64,000 nucleotides of DNA from Cycas panzhihuaensis. Taxonomy: Eukaryota; Plantae; Cycadophyta. Positions 12,801 to 27,700 of the stretch are shown here, piece by piece. A model generated the notes under the pieces. The model did not search any database and was not told the DNA's origin. It worked only from the letters and a program-made list of their open reading frames with translations. Within the stretch, counting starts at the first letter, position 1; the number at the start of each line of letters is the position of its first letter. The position numbers and the translations under genes are program-made. Location of the stretch: NCBI GenBank assembly GCA_023213395.1, contig CM041465.1, positions 188,859,741-188,923,740 on the forward strand, in the 5' to 3' direction.

Positions 12801-15015
12801 CTTATGTATTATTCACATTGGAGGGTTATGTAACAGGTCCCCCCCCTCTAAGACATGAGTCCTTGACATACTTAAGATATGGATATTGCTTGATGAAGTC
12901 TCTTGATTCCCATGTGGTTTCTTCAAGTTCATAATTCACCCACTACACTAGATACTCAAAAATGGCTTTATTCTAGATACGACATTGGTCAGTGGTTAGA
13001 ATGCATATGGAAAATTTTGTGAGGATCTCTTCTTCTTGGAGGTTAGGAAGAGTCGTATTTGGGGGAAGGTTGAGGGTATAAGCGATATCACCAATTCATT
13101 ATATGATTTTATATGGGCCATAATACTGAGTTCTTAGCTTATGGGATTTGTTATAATAGAGGGATTATTGATTATAAAGTTGGAGGTGAAGGAAAACCAA
13201 GTCACCCTCTTCCAATGATCAATCTGTATGGTGGCTGTCTATTAGTTACTTCATTCAATTTTGTGCAAAGGCCAAGTTTTACTTAAAGGTGTGGAGGATG
13301 TGATCCATCTCTTATAGTGTTTGTTGTACCTTGACAGTGCAAAGATGGTTAGCTAAGGTACAATAGGATGGTAGGAAATAACCATATAGGGCCATGCATA
13401 GAGTAATACTTGTTAGATAATGTGATAACAATGTTTTGGAGGTAAAACTTTTGACAGGTTAGCGATGCAGTTTGCCCCTAAACTTCATGAGGGGACCCAA
13501 GGCGAAGCCCCCTTGGTCAAGAAAATGCGGGGGAGCCAGAACCCCCTCTCCCTTCCCCCTTACAAAGAGGGGGTTTAAGGGTGGTATCCCCTAACCCAAA
13601 AAGCCAGCACTATAAAACATACTAAATTGTAAAGAGAATCTGGGTCGTTTATTCAAACTATCATAGATTTGATGGTCAGAATTTGTGCCTTATATGACTC
13701 TCTCATATAACCCGATTTAGGGTGTTTTTTCATTATGTTGATGGTATTTGATGCATTGAATATATTGTATTGAGGAGAAGCGACTATTTGTTATTGTTGT
13801 AAGCATTCTACTACAAATTATATATATTTCTCCATTCTTGAATAACAAAGATCGATACCTTTCCGGTATGGATGTTTCCATAGCACACTACTAGGGTTTT
13901 AACACTTTATATTTGGTGTATATATGATGATTTAGATTTTTAATTTATTTATTATATTATCTTTGGTTTAAGAACTTATATGTTATATTTTAGTTTTAAT
14001 TCTTATAACTAGTTGCAAAATAGTTTAGATCTTGGTGGCGATTTCTAGTTATTAGGACCTAGTTTTCTTAACAAGTGGTATAAGAGCCACTTTTATTTTT
14101 GCAGTGAGTTTGTGAAAGTTTTAGTATCGACTTTTTCTACACCAAATGGTGAAACTAGCGAATGCAAAGTTCAAGGTGGAAAAATTCAATGGCAAGAATA
14201 ACTTCGAGTTGTGGAAGTTGAAAGTGTATGATGTTATAGTATAACAAGGTTTGTATAGAGCTCTTGTAGGCAAATTAAAGAAACTTGCAGGGATGGATGA
14301 TGACGAATGGGATGATCTGGACAGAAGGGTTCTTAGCACAATACGATTATGCTTGGTGGATAAAGTTCTATTTAACATCGTAAGGGAGAAGATAACAATA
14401 GGATTATGGACCCGATTAGAAGGCTTGTATATGACCAAATCGGTGATGAATCAAATCTACTTGAAGAAGCAGTTGTACTCAGTGTAGATGAAGGTATAAA
14501 AATTTCTAATCATTTAAATATTTTTAATACTTTTATTTGTCAGTTAGCTAGTATCGATGTCATGATTGAGAATGAGAACAAGCCTGTTACCTTGTTATAT
14601 TCATTACTAAAATCTTGGAATAATATTGTCACCTCAATTAGTTTTAGCACTATAGATGAATTAGACTATGATTCTATTATGAGTACTTTGCTGATAGAAG
14701 AGATGAGAAGAAAGTCTAGTTTTGAAACCTCCACACCAAAAGCTATGACAACAAGGGGTAGAATAATTGAGAGAGGACAAAGCTCTAGGGATACATTAAG
14801 GTCAAAGTCAAAAGGCAAAAAGAGTAAGCTTAGATGTTGGAACTGTAATAAGACAGGTCACCTCAAGAATGATTGGTACAAAAGGAAGGAGTTTCAAGAA
14901 AAGAAAGATCCTACTAGGGAGGCTAATCAAGTGGAGTCAAATCAAGGTATAGATAATGATGATATCTTGGTTACTTATAATGTTTCCCATTATCATCATA
15001 ATTGGTTATTAGATT

Positions 15016-18000
15016 TATTGAAAATAGACCTGCAATAAGATATTAGCAAATAGAACCAAACAGAATAAAAGCACCTCCCAAGGATCGAATGGTACCCTTA
15101 AGGTACCACAAATTGTGTTACTAAAACATCCTTACAGTATGATACATAATATTATGTATTTATAATACAAGTCATAATGGAAGAGTAGGACCCACTTGCA
15201 TGTGAGACAAATCAAATGTACATTACTATTCTAACACCCCCCCTTAATGTACATTTGGGTCATTTGTATTTGCAACACTTTATCCTTGGAAATGTCTTGA
15301 AAATAATGTCTTCAACTTGATCCTTGTCTTCAATTTTGTAGAGATGCCTTTGTAAGATGATATCCTTAGCTTGATTTCCATCTTCAATTATGTAGTGACG
15401 ACATTGATGTAGCTGCTCTAGCAAGTGTAAATCCTGATTCTTTATTGCAGCTGGTCTAGTCTGATTGTGATGTGGATCCTGTAAATAATCATCTTTAATC
15501 ATAACTTATCTGTCATCATTATCCTGTATAAACTTTTGAATACTATATACAACGATGATTTCTTCAACCTTTGGAGTGGAATCTTGATCATCTTGCATAC
15601 TCTTTGAACTTGAATCAATGCTCAAAGTAGGAATATCATCAATATAAGATTCATCCTTTATAGGACCAATGGATTCATATTCAATTTCTCTTGAAATCAT
15701 GGTGATATCTATATAAACCTTTATCAGCTCATCACTTTCAATGTTTTCATCAGTAGTTATAGTTTTATCAATGCATTCAACCATCATTTCTTTATATTCA
15801 GTAGAAATTTTATTAGTACTCATACCTTCTTCATCTTGACATGTTGTTTTATCAGTGTTGATGATATTTTCTTCATTCGTTGTACCTGTACCATAACTAA
15901 CCTTAATTATTTTTTCAATCATTTATTGTGTCTCTTCAGGAGTTTGTTCAAATACTTCCCTTAGAAAATCTCAAACTTCTTTATCATTACTTACATGTAG
16001 AATTATAGGAATGGCAAAATAGAATTTGGAAGGAAGATCAACCTCATTGAATGCATCACGAATCATAATGAATGCTTTTCTATCTTTCTTCTCAAGCATT
16101 TCTTTTTCTTCTTCATCCTTAGAGATATCATATTCATTAGTAACAATCTTCTACAAACCTCTAGCTATGAATAAACATCTCATTTTAATTTTCTAAAAGA
16201 AGTAGTCTTCACCATTACACTTAGGTATCAGAAAAAATGAATCCTTTCAGTAATATTCATTTGTTTCAGGAATATACATAACCACATCATTATCCTCCAT
16301 GATTGTAAATGTCATTTTCAATCAACAAACTCATTTATCATAGGTAACTTGCCTATTGATCACTCTCAACAAAATTTCCCATGTCTCATATCTTTCATAT
16401 CATTGACTTTATCATCACATCATTGCCTTATATATCTCCCATATTGTCAAACTGGTATATATAACAAGTATTTAAAACTCTTATTAAGTCAATGCCTGAG
16501 CCATATACATCTCACGGGAATCATGCTAAAAAAACATAACTCATGCCACTATACTTGTACTTCAGGTAACTTCAACAAAAACTCATCCTTCTTTGATAAA
16601 GCAACTCTAATTCCGTCCTTAATATGCCTCAACAAATGTCCAATCTTGTCATGTAACCTCATATGTTATAATTGCCTTATATCACCAGGTCATCACCTTA
16701 CCAATTCTCTCATGCAAACACATACAAGAGAAATGATAGACATCTCTTCACTAACCTCACTCTCTCATGTACAACACATGCAAAACAAGACCTTACTACA
16801 AAAAATTACTCACTCATATCACCATAAAGCCATAACTGTAAGGACTCGACCATCAACTCAATGCCAAAAATTACTTCCTTGTAATAATAACTTGCTTGCT
16901 TATCAATCATTACCTTCATTGTAATGCCCTCTTATTACCCTTCTCTTGTCCTTGTCATGCAATCAATTTTGCCTTGAAAAATAATGATCAACATCAATGC
17001 AACATTGATAAATAATATATCAATGAATGATTGACATATACGCGACTTCATTGATGTCAAAGGTGGGTGACACAACTGTAAGTAACCGGAATATATTCAC
17101 GACTGCAACATCATCTCTAATAGTAGAACTGCCTAGTGATAAAGCCAAACAATGTAAGGAATCTGAGAATCCTATTACACCTCCAACTGGAGAAACAATG
17201 CAACTCTGAAGTCTTTCTAACAAACCACACAACTTAACATTGGATGCATGCAAAGCATTATACTATGTGGCTCTCCAGTCCACTGCACATAGATTTATTT
17301 GTGCTTCCTCTCTTACTTCTTCTGAAAGAATGCGTAGTTATGCAAATTAACATATTCCTCTGCTTCACATGTGAGTGACCCTTAGAACGTGTTTCTTCCC
17401 TATGACAAGACAGGCAACCCCATGCTCCATTACGCCCTCAACCTCTTATTAAAATCTAGACGAAGCTATAGGAAAAACCTACACTGGTTACCAGCGTTAC
17501 TATAAAAAAGTAGGTTATTCTCAAAGATGTGGGTGCGGCCCCGAGACAGCTTGTACTTAAGGATGTAGGTGTTGTCCCAAAATAAGCAGATGAGGAGATA
17601 CCAATCCTGAAGAACCTGAATGGCTCCACAAAAATAGCTGCTGCAAATCCTAATATTACTAATGTAGTTGTAGCTCCTTCTAAAGTGAGCAAAGGTGGGG
17701 CTCCATATAAGACCAAAGATGATTGGCATAAGAAGTCCAACAGCATAAAGGGTTTAAAGAGGCAAATTGCTTCCTGTGGGGCTGAAATACTTGATGATAA
17801 AACGGGTGCCTCTACTACAAGAAGAAATAGGAAGTCTAATAAAGCAAGCTGCAAGGCTACACGTGCTGAAGCTACCATGGCAAGCAAATTATCCAATTTA
17901 CTGCAAGTCTCATCAATTGAAAACACTTGTCCAAAAAACACCCCCTAAACATATGACGTCAAGGAAACAACTCCAGGCAAAGATCATCCAATTTTCACAG

Positions 18001-18721
18001 CAAATCCCTTTATGTCTTTTCATCCCTTTACGACACCCAGTTATGACGTGGATAACTATTGAAGCTCAGCCATGCAGTAATAAAATGACGAGCTCAACCA
18101 TAAGATAAGACACACACAGTAATGAAGAGTTGCTTGGAGCTGCTTAGTTCAGTAGGGAAGCAAGATATGGCATGCAAAGGGGTGATGAAGTGGTGTATTT
18201 GTTCACAGACTTAAATATTAATTGTATTAATGATTTACGATCTCTGTAACTCTCTAGGAGGATGTGACATTGGCAATCATCACTACAACTACTTCTCTAA
18301 GGAACCAAGGGCTGCAAATATTCACTCCACAGGTGGCTATGCTCTTCTATGCTACTACAAATCCAGCAATACCATAGATAACGAACGAATATCAACAATT
18401 CTACTGAACCACCACCTTATATATCAATATAATTAGGGTTTCGCCAACCAAACTTGACATACCTCTCTTAACCTGGGTGCTCTAATACCATGTTTAAAAA
18501 TAGACCTACAATAAGATATTGGCAAATAGAACCAAATAGAATAAAATCACCTCTTAAGGATCGAATGGTACCCTTAAGGTACCTTAAATTGTATTATCAA
18601 AACATCCTTACAATAGATACAATATGATACATAATATTGTGTATTTATAATACAAGTTATGATGGCAAAGTAGGACCCACTTGCATATGGGATAAATCAA
18701 ATGTACATTAATATTCTAACA
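15016..18721 (-). mobile_element. Non-autonomous Gag-only LTR element (TR-GAG-like), copy W
   Basis: LTRs 15016-15236 and 18491-18721, TSD AGATT. PBS (rc gctctaatacca) at 18479-18490, PPT next to 15237. No PR/INT/RT motifs seen. Confidence 0.92.
15260..16300 (-). pseudogene. Copy W ORF: Gag N-terminus + acidic linker + RNase H-tail-like end
   Basis: One frame of 347 codons with point stops: IPKCNGEDYFF*KIKMRCLFIARGL*KIV ... KDQVEDIIFKTFPRIKCCKYK. Confidence 0.8.
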
Positions 18722-21700
18722 AGATTCAGGTGTTTTATACCATATGTGTCTACACATGAGTTGGTTTTCATCATACCAACCTCTTGATGGTGATGATATG
18801 CTTATGGAAAATGAAGTTTCCTATAAGATAATGGGCATTGGTAGCATCCGAATTAAAATGTTTGATGGTGTAATAAGAACATTAACTAAAGTTAGACATG
18901 TACCTAATCTAAAAAAAAATCTAATTTCCTTGGGTGAACTAGTTTCTAGTGGTTATAAGCACACAGTTCATGAAGGAGTCTTAAAGGTGTCAAAGGGTAT
19001 CTTAGTTGTTATGAAAGCCTTGAAGAAAGGAAACCTTTACATTTTGGTAGGAAGTACAGATGTCATTCATGTAGTTATAGTATCAAAGACTATAGAAAAT
19101 CTAGCTCAGTTATGGCATCAAAGACTTAGGCACATAAGTGAGAGAGGACTTAATATACTGATAAACCACAAGTTGCTTCCTAACTTGTAGCTTTCAAATT
19201 TGAATTTTTGTAAACATTGTATTTTTGGAAAGTAGTGTAAAGTCAAGTTTAAAGTAGGGAGTCACACTAGTAAAGGTGTTCTAGATTATGTACATTCAGA
19301 TGTATGGGGACTAGCCCTTATAATATCTTATGGAGGATCATTGTAATTTGTCACATGCATAAATGATTACTCCAAAAAGGTATGGGTCTATTTTTTGAAA
19401 AGGAAATCTAAAGTTTTCTATGTGTCTAAGTAGTTCAAGGCTCTAGTTGAGAAGAGCACTAACAAGTCAATCAAATATTTAAGAACTGATAATGGAGGTG
19501 AGTTTAACTCTTTGGAGTTTGAGAACTATTATAATAAAGTTAGGATTGAAAGGCATAAAACTACTATCTATACTCCACAATATAATAGCATAACTGAACA
19601 CATGAATAGGACACTCTTGGAAAGAGTGAGAAGCAAGCTAAGTAATGCAAGAGTAGAGCATGGCTTATGCAAAGAAGCTATTCAAATAACTTATTATTTG
19701 GTAAACGGGTCACCATTACTTATAATAGACTGCGAGATTCCTAAAGAGGTATAGATTGGAAATCTATTTTACTATTTAAATTTGAAATTTTTTGGTTGTG
19801 ATACTTATGTCTTGACTAATAAAAGCCAACATTCAAAGTTAGACCCAAAATCTAAGAGATATATCTTTGTTGGTTATGGTGATAGAGATGATGTGAAGGG
19901 ATATAGGTTGCAGGATCCTACTACCTATAAAATCACTATTAACAAAAATGTTGTATTTGATGAATCTCCTTTTCTAAAATCAGACAATGTAGAAGTTAAA
20001 GTGAAATATGAGTAAAACGCTGAACATCAACAGGTTAATTTTGAGACCAGTCATCTTTGGAAATAGAAATGTAGGAAGAGATTTTTGAAGATGAATCTGC
20101 AATAAATTTACAGGAGTATGTAAACACTCCTAAAACAACTATTAGAAGATCTATACGAGTTAATTATACACCTGAAGAGTATAACCTTTCTATTTTTATT
20201 ACTTTGGTTTCTAATGATGGTGACCTATATGCTATCAGGAAGCAGTAGATGATATTAATAGTGAGAAGTGGAAGAGAGTTATATAAGAAGAGATAGATGC
20301 TTTGAAGAAAAACAATTCATGGGACTTGGTAGAACTTTCACCTGGTAAGAAAATTATTAGTTGCAGGTGGGTTTTTAAGAAGAAAATAGATGTTGATAAA
20401 TACATAGCAAGATTGATGGCTAAAGGCTTTATGCAAAAAGAAGGTAATAATTTTCATAAGATCTTTTTACTAGTTGTTAAACTTATTTGAATTTAGGTAC
20501 TGTTAGTATCAGTAGCTTCTCTTGATCTAAAGTTGGAGCAATTAACTGTAAAAATAACTTTTCTACATAGAGATTTAAATAAGGAGATCTATATAGATCA
20601 ATTAGAAGGGTTTGTATAGGATGGCAGGAAAAGACTTATTTATAGGTTTAGAAAATCATTGTATGGCCTGAAGCAATCACCCAGGCAATGGTACGAGAAG
20701 TTTGATGCCTTCATGGAGAGCCAAAATTTTAAAAGAAGTGAATATGATCATTATGTTTACTTTAAATTCTTGGACAATGGCTTATTCATTATCTTGGTAT
20801 TATATATTGATGACAAGTAAAATTATGGAAGAAATTAATAAGTTAAAGGCTAAATTAACAGGGACTTTTAATATGAAGGATCTAGGAGCTATGGTTATCA
20901 CAGTAAAAATATATAGAGAAGGTCCTAACTAGATTTGGTATGGCAAATGTGAAACCAATGAGCATCCTGTTAGCTTCCCATTTTAAGCTTTCTTCGAGTA
21001 TGAGACATAGTAGTGAAGAAGAAAAGAATTATATATCTCGTATACCTTATGCAAGTGTAGTAGGAAGTTTAATGTATACCATAGTATGTACAAGACTTGA
21101 CATTTCACATAAAGTTAGTATAGTTAATAGGTTTATGGTAAATCTAGGAAATGGACATTAGGTAATAGTGAAATAGGTGCTTCAATATTTGAGGGCCACA
21201 AGTGACTATTGCATCATCTTTGGTGGTATAGGTAATTAGGTATGTGGATATGTTGATTCTAACTTTGTAGGATATTTAGATAAGAGAAGGTTTACTTTGG
21301 GTTATGTGTTTACTTATGCAAATAGACCGATTAGTTAGATATCAAAATTATAGAGTATAATTATATTATACATTACTGCAACATATACTTGTAAGGAAGT
21401 AATCTGGTTGGAGGGTCTATTGGTTGAGCTTGGAAGGAAACAGAAAAAAGTAAAGGTATTTTGTAATATTCAAAGTGTCATTTACTTAGCAAAGAATCTA
21501 ACTTATCATAGTAGGACAAATTATATTTCTTTTGAGTACCATTTTATTAGACAGGTTGTGGAAGCAAGTGGAGTGGCACTTCAGAAGGTTAATATAAAAT
21601 AAAATTGTACTGACATGTTCACAAAACTAGTACTATTGGAGAAGTTCAAATGGTGTTTGATTTCTCTTAGCTTGTAGAAAAGATGATGAATGGTCTAGGA

Positions 21701-24700
21701 ATGGTATCAGATAAATTGTTATCAAGGTAGAGATTATTAGATAATGCGATAACATTATTTTGGAGGTAAAACTTTTAACAAGTTAACAACGCGGTTTCCC
21801 CCCCAAACTTCTATAGGGGGATCCAAGAGGGGCGAGAGCCCTACTTGGCTAGGGAATGTGGTAGGTGTTGTAACCCCCCCCCCCCCAACTACCCTACAAA
21901 GAGGAGGTTTGTGGGCTGTAGCCCCTAACCCAAAAAGTTAGCAATGTAAAACATACTAAATTGTAAAGAGAATAAGGGTTGTTCATTCAAAATATCTCAG
22001 ATTTGATGGTCAAGATTTGTGCCTTATATGACTCTCTCATATAGCCCAATTTAGGATGTTTTTTTATTATATTAATGGTATTTGATGTATTGAATATATT
22101 GTATTGAGGACAGATAGCTAGTTATTGTTGTTATGAGTATTATGCTTTAGATTATGTATATTTCTCTATTCTTGGATAATAAAGGTCGATACCTTTCCTG
22201 TGTGAATGTTTCTTTATCACACTGCTAGGTTTTTACCATGTTATATTTGGTATATATGTGTTTCTTTAGCTTTCTGATTTATTTATTGTATTATCTCTAG
22301 TTTAAAAACTTGCATGTTATATTTCAGGTTCAATTCCTGTAACTAGTTGTAAAATAGTTTAGATCTTGGTGGCGGATATTAGGACCTAGTTTTCTCAACA
22401 ATACTAATTACAAACTGCTAAGAAGAATTATATGAGTATTTAGTTAAGGTTAGCCAAGAGGTCTAATATCATTATGTTTTGAGGAAAAATAATGTTGGTA
22501 TGTTTGCAAGGCTTTGTTTTAAATTTTGAATTATTCATTTGTTTGGGGTTACGTGAGGAACTCATGTTGAAGGACATTCTCAATGCGTGAAAGACTTCTT
22601 TCCAAAATATACTTGTGAATTTGGGATCTCTATTATATATAATGGTTGATGGAAAGCTATGGAGGTGAAAGATGAAGTAGATGTAGAGTTCAATAAAATA
22701 AGGACAAGGAGGAAATTGGCATATTTAATCAAGCGATTAATGATAACCCAAATGGAATCATACTTGGTTAATAATGGGAGTCCTATAATGAAGTCCATGG
22801 CAGTGCCTTACCATTTACCTTGAGGGATCTTCATGGGTTAAAGTAGGTAGGGTTGGCCTTGGTGTCTACCTTGTTACATTGGTATGTATTACATTTGGAT
22901 ATATATATAAGTATGATAGACTTCACGCAAGGCTAGTAGAAATTTAACCAAACTCGATGATAAGTTTAATCGAATCTTGAATAGCCTCTAAGGGGGTTGT
23001 TATTATACTCAAATGGAATGCATGTGATAAATGGGGAGGTAGGGTGTACAAAAATGCAATTCTGATAGAGAAGGTAGTTATTATGTGAACTCCAATATTT
23101 ATGATTTTGAACCTTACTATCCTAGGAACCAAAGTCAATTTAGGCTTTGTTGGCCTCGACCAAGTCTTGGAGCTAGGAAGGTTGGGGCATAAAGATGGCC
23201 TAAATGGTAGGTTCAACAGGAAGTTAAGATAGAGTATTTGCAACAACATTATCCTTATTATTTTTATACAAAATGGTAAAATCATAGACCTGTAATTTAT
23301 CAACCTATTTGGCTTGTTCTTCAAATAAAAGTTGTTGGTCTAATAAGTGGTAAATACTATAGTGGTCTATTAAAATGGTAAACTTAGAACCAAGTAGATA
23401 TTAGCACCACTTGTGGACTGTATACAAGATGGCTTTCATTTTTTTTGATAGGTGGATAGTTGACACTTATACTCTTCGAGTTTTTGACTTTCAAATATAA
23501 TGGGATAAAAATTCTATATGAGAATAACCCCTAGCCTCACACTTAATGCATCATATTTTAATTAGAATGGATGGGAATAGTTAGGGGTGGAGAGAATTAG
23601 TATGGTTAATGTGAATATTTTTAGAAGGTTGAAGGCATCCTTAACTCTTCGTAACTATTGAAAGGAGTCCATATAAAGTAAATTCATCAAGGGGATGACT
23701 ATGGATGAGTAGTTTTTAATAAAGTAATGATAAAAGCCAACTAGTCTAAGGAAGGCTCATAGTTATGTGAGGCTCTTTGGGGTGAACCATTGGGTGATGG
23801 CTGATATTTTATCAGGGTTGACTCATATTTTAACTACAAAAAAGATGCGACCTAAGTAATGTAATTCAAATTTTCTAAATTCACATTTTAACATCTTTGT
23901 GTATAGCTAATTTTGGGTTGAGACCTGAAGGGTGGTTTCTAGATGTTGGAGATATAGGGACATGTTGGCACTATAAATTAATATGTCATTGAAGAAGACA
24001 ATAATAATCTTTTGAAGGTATGGGGTAAAAATGTTATTCATTAGGGCTTGAAAAGAGGCTAGAGCATTGCATAACCCAAATGACATGACCTAAAATTCAA
24101 AGTGGCCATGATAGGTTTGAAAAGCCATTTTGTACCTATCCTTGGGTACTATTGGCATCTAGTAGTAGCTAGATTGCAAGTATAATTTGGAAAAGATTAT
24201 AGCCTTGTAGATCTCATTTAACATATCATCTATCTGGGTGTGGGAAACTTATTCTTAATGGTTAGTTTGTTGAGTTCCCTATAATCAATATAAAGTAAAA
24301 AATAACTATCTTTTTGTTGGACTAGCACAATGGAGGTAATATAGGAGCTTTTATTAAGTTGTATTATGTCTATATCTATAAGTTTGTTAATGATGAATTC
24401 AATCTCATTCTTTTGGAAGTAAGAGTTTTGGTACATACACATGTTTATATAGTTTTGAGGGTTTTTTAAATCTAAGGTATAATGGACTTTGTGATTTAGG
24501 AAGGGCCACTAGGTAAGGGGGAGAAGACCAATTGGTATTTGATGAGAATAAATTAGATATTTGGGTTGACCTTCAATTGTGGTTGAATGTTGTTAAGGTG
24601 GATAATATATTCAATAATCCTATTGAGCTACATCCTTATTTACTTAGAGGAAAGAAGTTTGTTAGGTGATAATTGGAGGCCATAAGGTTTATGAATTTGT

Positions 24701-27700
24701 CCATAGTGGTCTTTAAACATTATAAATGGGCTCTTTGGGGAGTTATTGGTACTATAAGTGCCTAATATTTAAAGCCACTATACTCCTAAGATGACATCTA
24801 ATCCTCCAATGGATAAAGCATAAAAGTCTAACTTAAGTTGATATGTACTAGTTTGGACATGGAGGTTTCAAATGACACTTGCATAATGGAGGGACTAGTG
24901 GCCTAAGAGAGAATAATTAAACCCTATTTTTAGCTTGATATAGAAGTTTAATTGTCTAGCTATTATAATATCAATGAAATTTAATAAAGTACCACCATTG
25001 TCAAAATTGTAATGGGGTTTTTTCTCAAGGCCCCCCTTACTTGCAATGGGTCAGGGTAGGTAGAAGAAGAAACAACAAATAAGAGTGTTTTAGGTTCAGG
25101 GTCAAAAGGTGGGGAGGGTTCCAAGGGTGGCTCCACTTTAACTTCATCATCAGAGTTAGAATCAGGGTTAATGATCAATATGACTCTTTTGGTTTTACAT
25201 ATACAACCATATTTGGGAAACCATTTTTCTATGCATTATAAGCATATATTAGCTTCTCTGCATTTGTGTAACATCAGATGTAGATATCTATATTTATGTT
25301 AATGGATGTTATACTTCTAGACATTCAATTAAATAATTTATTAATTATTGAGGAGGCCCTTCTACTTGAAGCCTTGGAGGTCTATATGGTTTCATAGGTC
25401 TTTGGCGACTAATCAATGGTACTTCTCTTCTAACCCAAGATTTTCATTCTACTATAAAATTGACTTTAATGGCCTTGGTATAGTTGATGGCATCTCGAAG
25501 GTTAGGAGATTGGTTGGTCTTCAACCTTATTTGGACCCATTCATTGAGATCAACTATGTAAGTTTCAACTAATATCTATCTTTCTAAGTGTTGGGTGACT
25601 TGAGTCTGAATTACTTAGAACTCATCTATATAAGCTTCAACTTTGTGGTTTGTCTTAATTGTATTAATTAATTAAAAAAAAAGGCTGGTCTAATGTCTTC
25701 ATACTTCTTGAAAAAGCATTTATAAAATTACTCCCATATTGATTTGATGGATACTCATATGTCCATCACTTATATTAATGGCAAGCTTTGCCCTTCAAGT
25801 GGATGGAGGTAAATGTTAGTTGATCAATTTTAGATAGGTGCTTGAGTGTAAAATAGGAATCTAATTTACTAATCTAATTACAAGTTACTTCCTTGTTGAG
25901 ATCTTGATAAAAAAATAATATATTGATTTTATGATTGAATGGATGTTGTCATATAGTCTTAGGAGATGGGGTTCCAGCTTAAGACACTCCACCTTGTGAC
26001 ATGCTAAAGGAGTTGGAGCTAGTTGTTGAGAGAAGGTTAGAGAGTTAATTATGTATAGATGCAACATATTCAATGAAATTTATAATATTTGACGATAGCT
26101 TGGTTGTATCTTATTTGTGTATGCCCTATATGGTGATGAATTAAGTTTTGAAAGAGGAAATGCATTTAGATTGGCTTATTATAAAAGGGGTCTTGATGAG
26201 GTAGGGAATAACTAAAAGAAATGAATATAAGAAATGGGAGAGATAGGAAGAATGGGTGTCAAAGGAGTGGGGATATATAAAATAAGTAGAGGAGAAGAGG
26301 CGATAAGGTATGGGGTATTTATAGGTTGTTAACCTTGAAAATTAAGTAAGAAAATCACCTAGTGTACTTGAACGAGTGCGATGAGCTCATTGAGATGATA
26401 TAAGTGAGTTGTAAATAAAAAATTGATACTAATAGGCCCCACAAGATGCTTATAGGCTAGTTTTCCATGAAACTGATTATTGAAAATAACTTAATAGACA
26501 TTGATCAACATGGGACACTGATCAAAGTAAGATACATGAATTGAGAAGGCCTTATCTTTTTTTTTTAGCGACGATTCTAATGATGCAGATCTTAATTAAA
26601 TCTGAGAAGTATTGACAAACTTATAATTATTTCTTTCTTTCTTCTTCTTTTTTGGATGGACTATAGGACTAAACTCAACTAGGGTGGACTAGGTTTAGGT
26701 GACAATAATATTGATGGAATAGGATGTACATGCTATTAAAAGTTTGGATAGGAATTCCAATGTTATGTGTTTAGCTAGTAATTATACTAAAAGATTCTTA
26801 GGAGTTGAACTATGTAAATTGGCATATATGCTTTGATTTGATATTCTTGTTTCTTTTCATAGGATCACTTTGCTGACTATGATGGTATTTATATATAGTG
26901 CTATTATTGAGTTAGTTAGCAATAAGTCAACAGTTACACATATGTAGCAGTTCTTAGATGTATTAATGGAAGTACAATAGACTAAAGATTTTACATAATA
27001 GATGATTATAGAGGGTGAAAAAACATACCAGACAGTAATAAGGGAGTATTTGGCTCTGTAGGCTATGCAATAAACTTCCTTATTATTATTCTCACTCATC
27101 CCAATATCTCAGGGCACTACTTATAGAGGAAAAACCATCTCTATATGGTCTATAACCATGCAGAGGTATTTGTGCAGAGTAACTTCTGGTCACTAACTGC
27201 TAACCCATGCACTATAAAGAGACAAATGGTTGATAGTTTTCCTATGCTAGGCTAGTGGGGAAGCCTACATGGATCCTCCTATATACTCTAGGGTATATGG
27301 AGGTATAAATCCATAGCCAAGTTCTATTTAAGGCCTCAGTATTAATGTAGTTGACACCTTACTTCATACAATGATGTATACCTAATTGTGCTTAGCTAAT
27401 AATGACATATCCTCATGATGTTTTTAGACCCCTAGCATAGGGTCTCTATGTAAATACTAGGGAAAGGAAGGTGTGATTTGTTGACTTGGGATGCATTACC
27501 CACTTGTAGTAGATAACAAATTAAATAGAAAATAAATAAAATTACTCATAGATGAGGGTTTCAAAATTTATCAAGGCGAGGAGGGGGGGGGGATTTTTCT
27601 TTCTTTATAATTATTGAATCTTCCCACTGGATTACTGCAACCTCACTCTAATACTACTTGTTACGATCTCAACCTATAATTTTTACTTCAAATAAGCAAT

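Larger units (their letters stand above)
13411..22400 (+). mobile_element. Ty1/copia (Tork/Tnt1-like), full length, degenerate, nested in the chromovirus integrase
   Basis: LTRs 13411-14073 and 21735-22400, TSD ATACT, PBS TGGTATAAGAGC at 14076. Gag from ATG 14146 (KFKVEKFNGKNNFELWK), zinc knuckle CWNCNKTGHLKND, then protease, integrase (LWHQRL, HSDVWG), RT and RNase H to ~21690. Confidence 0.95.

Noticed and set aside
16349-16924. 191-aa plus-strand ORF in element W
   Set aside because: Low-complexity, strand-skewed leader sequence with no domain.
26760-27450. Possible solo LTR or TRIM in the chromovirus leader
   Set aside because: It begins with TGTTA, but no matching end or TSD could be found.
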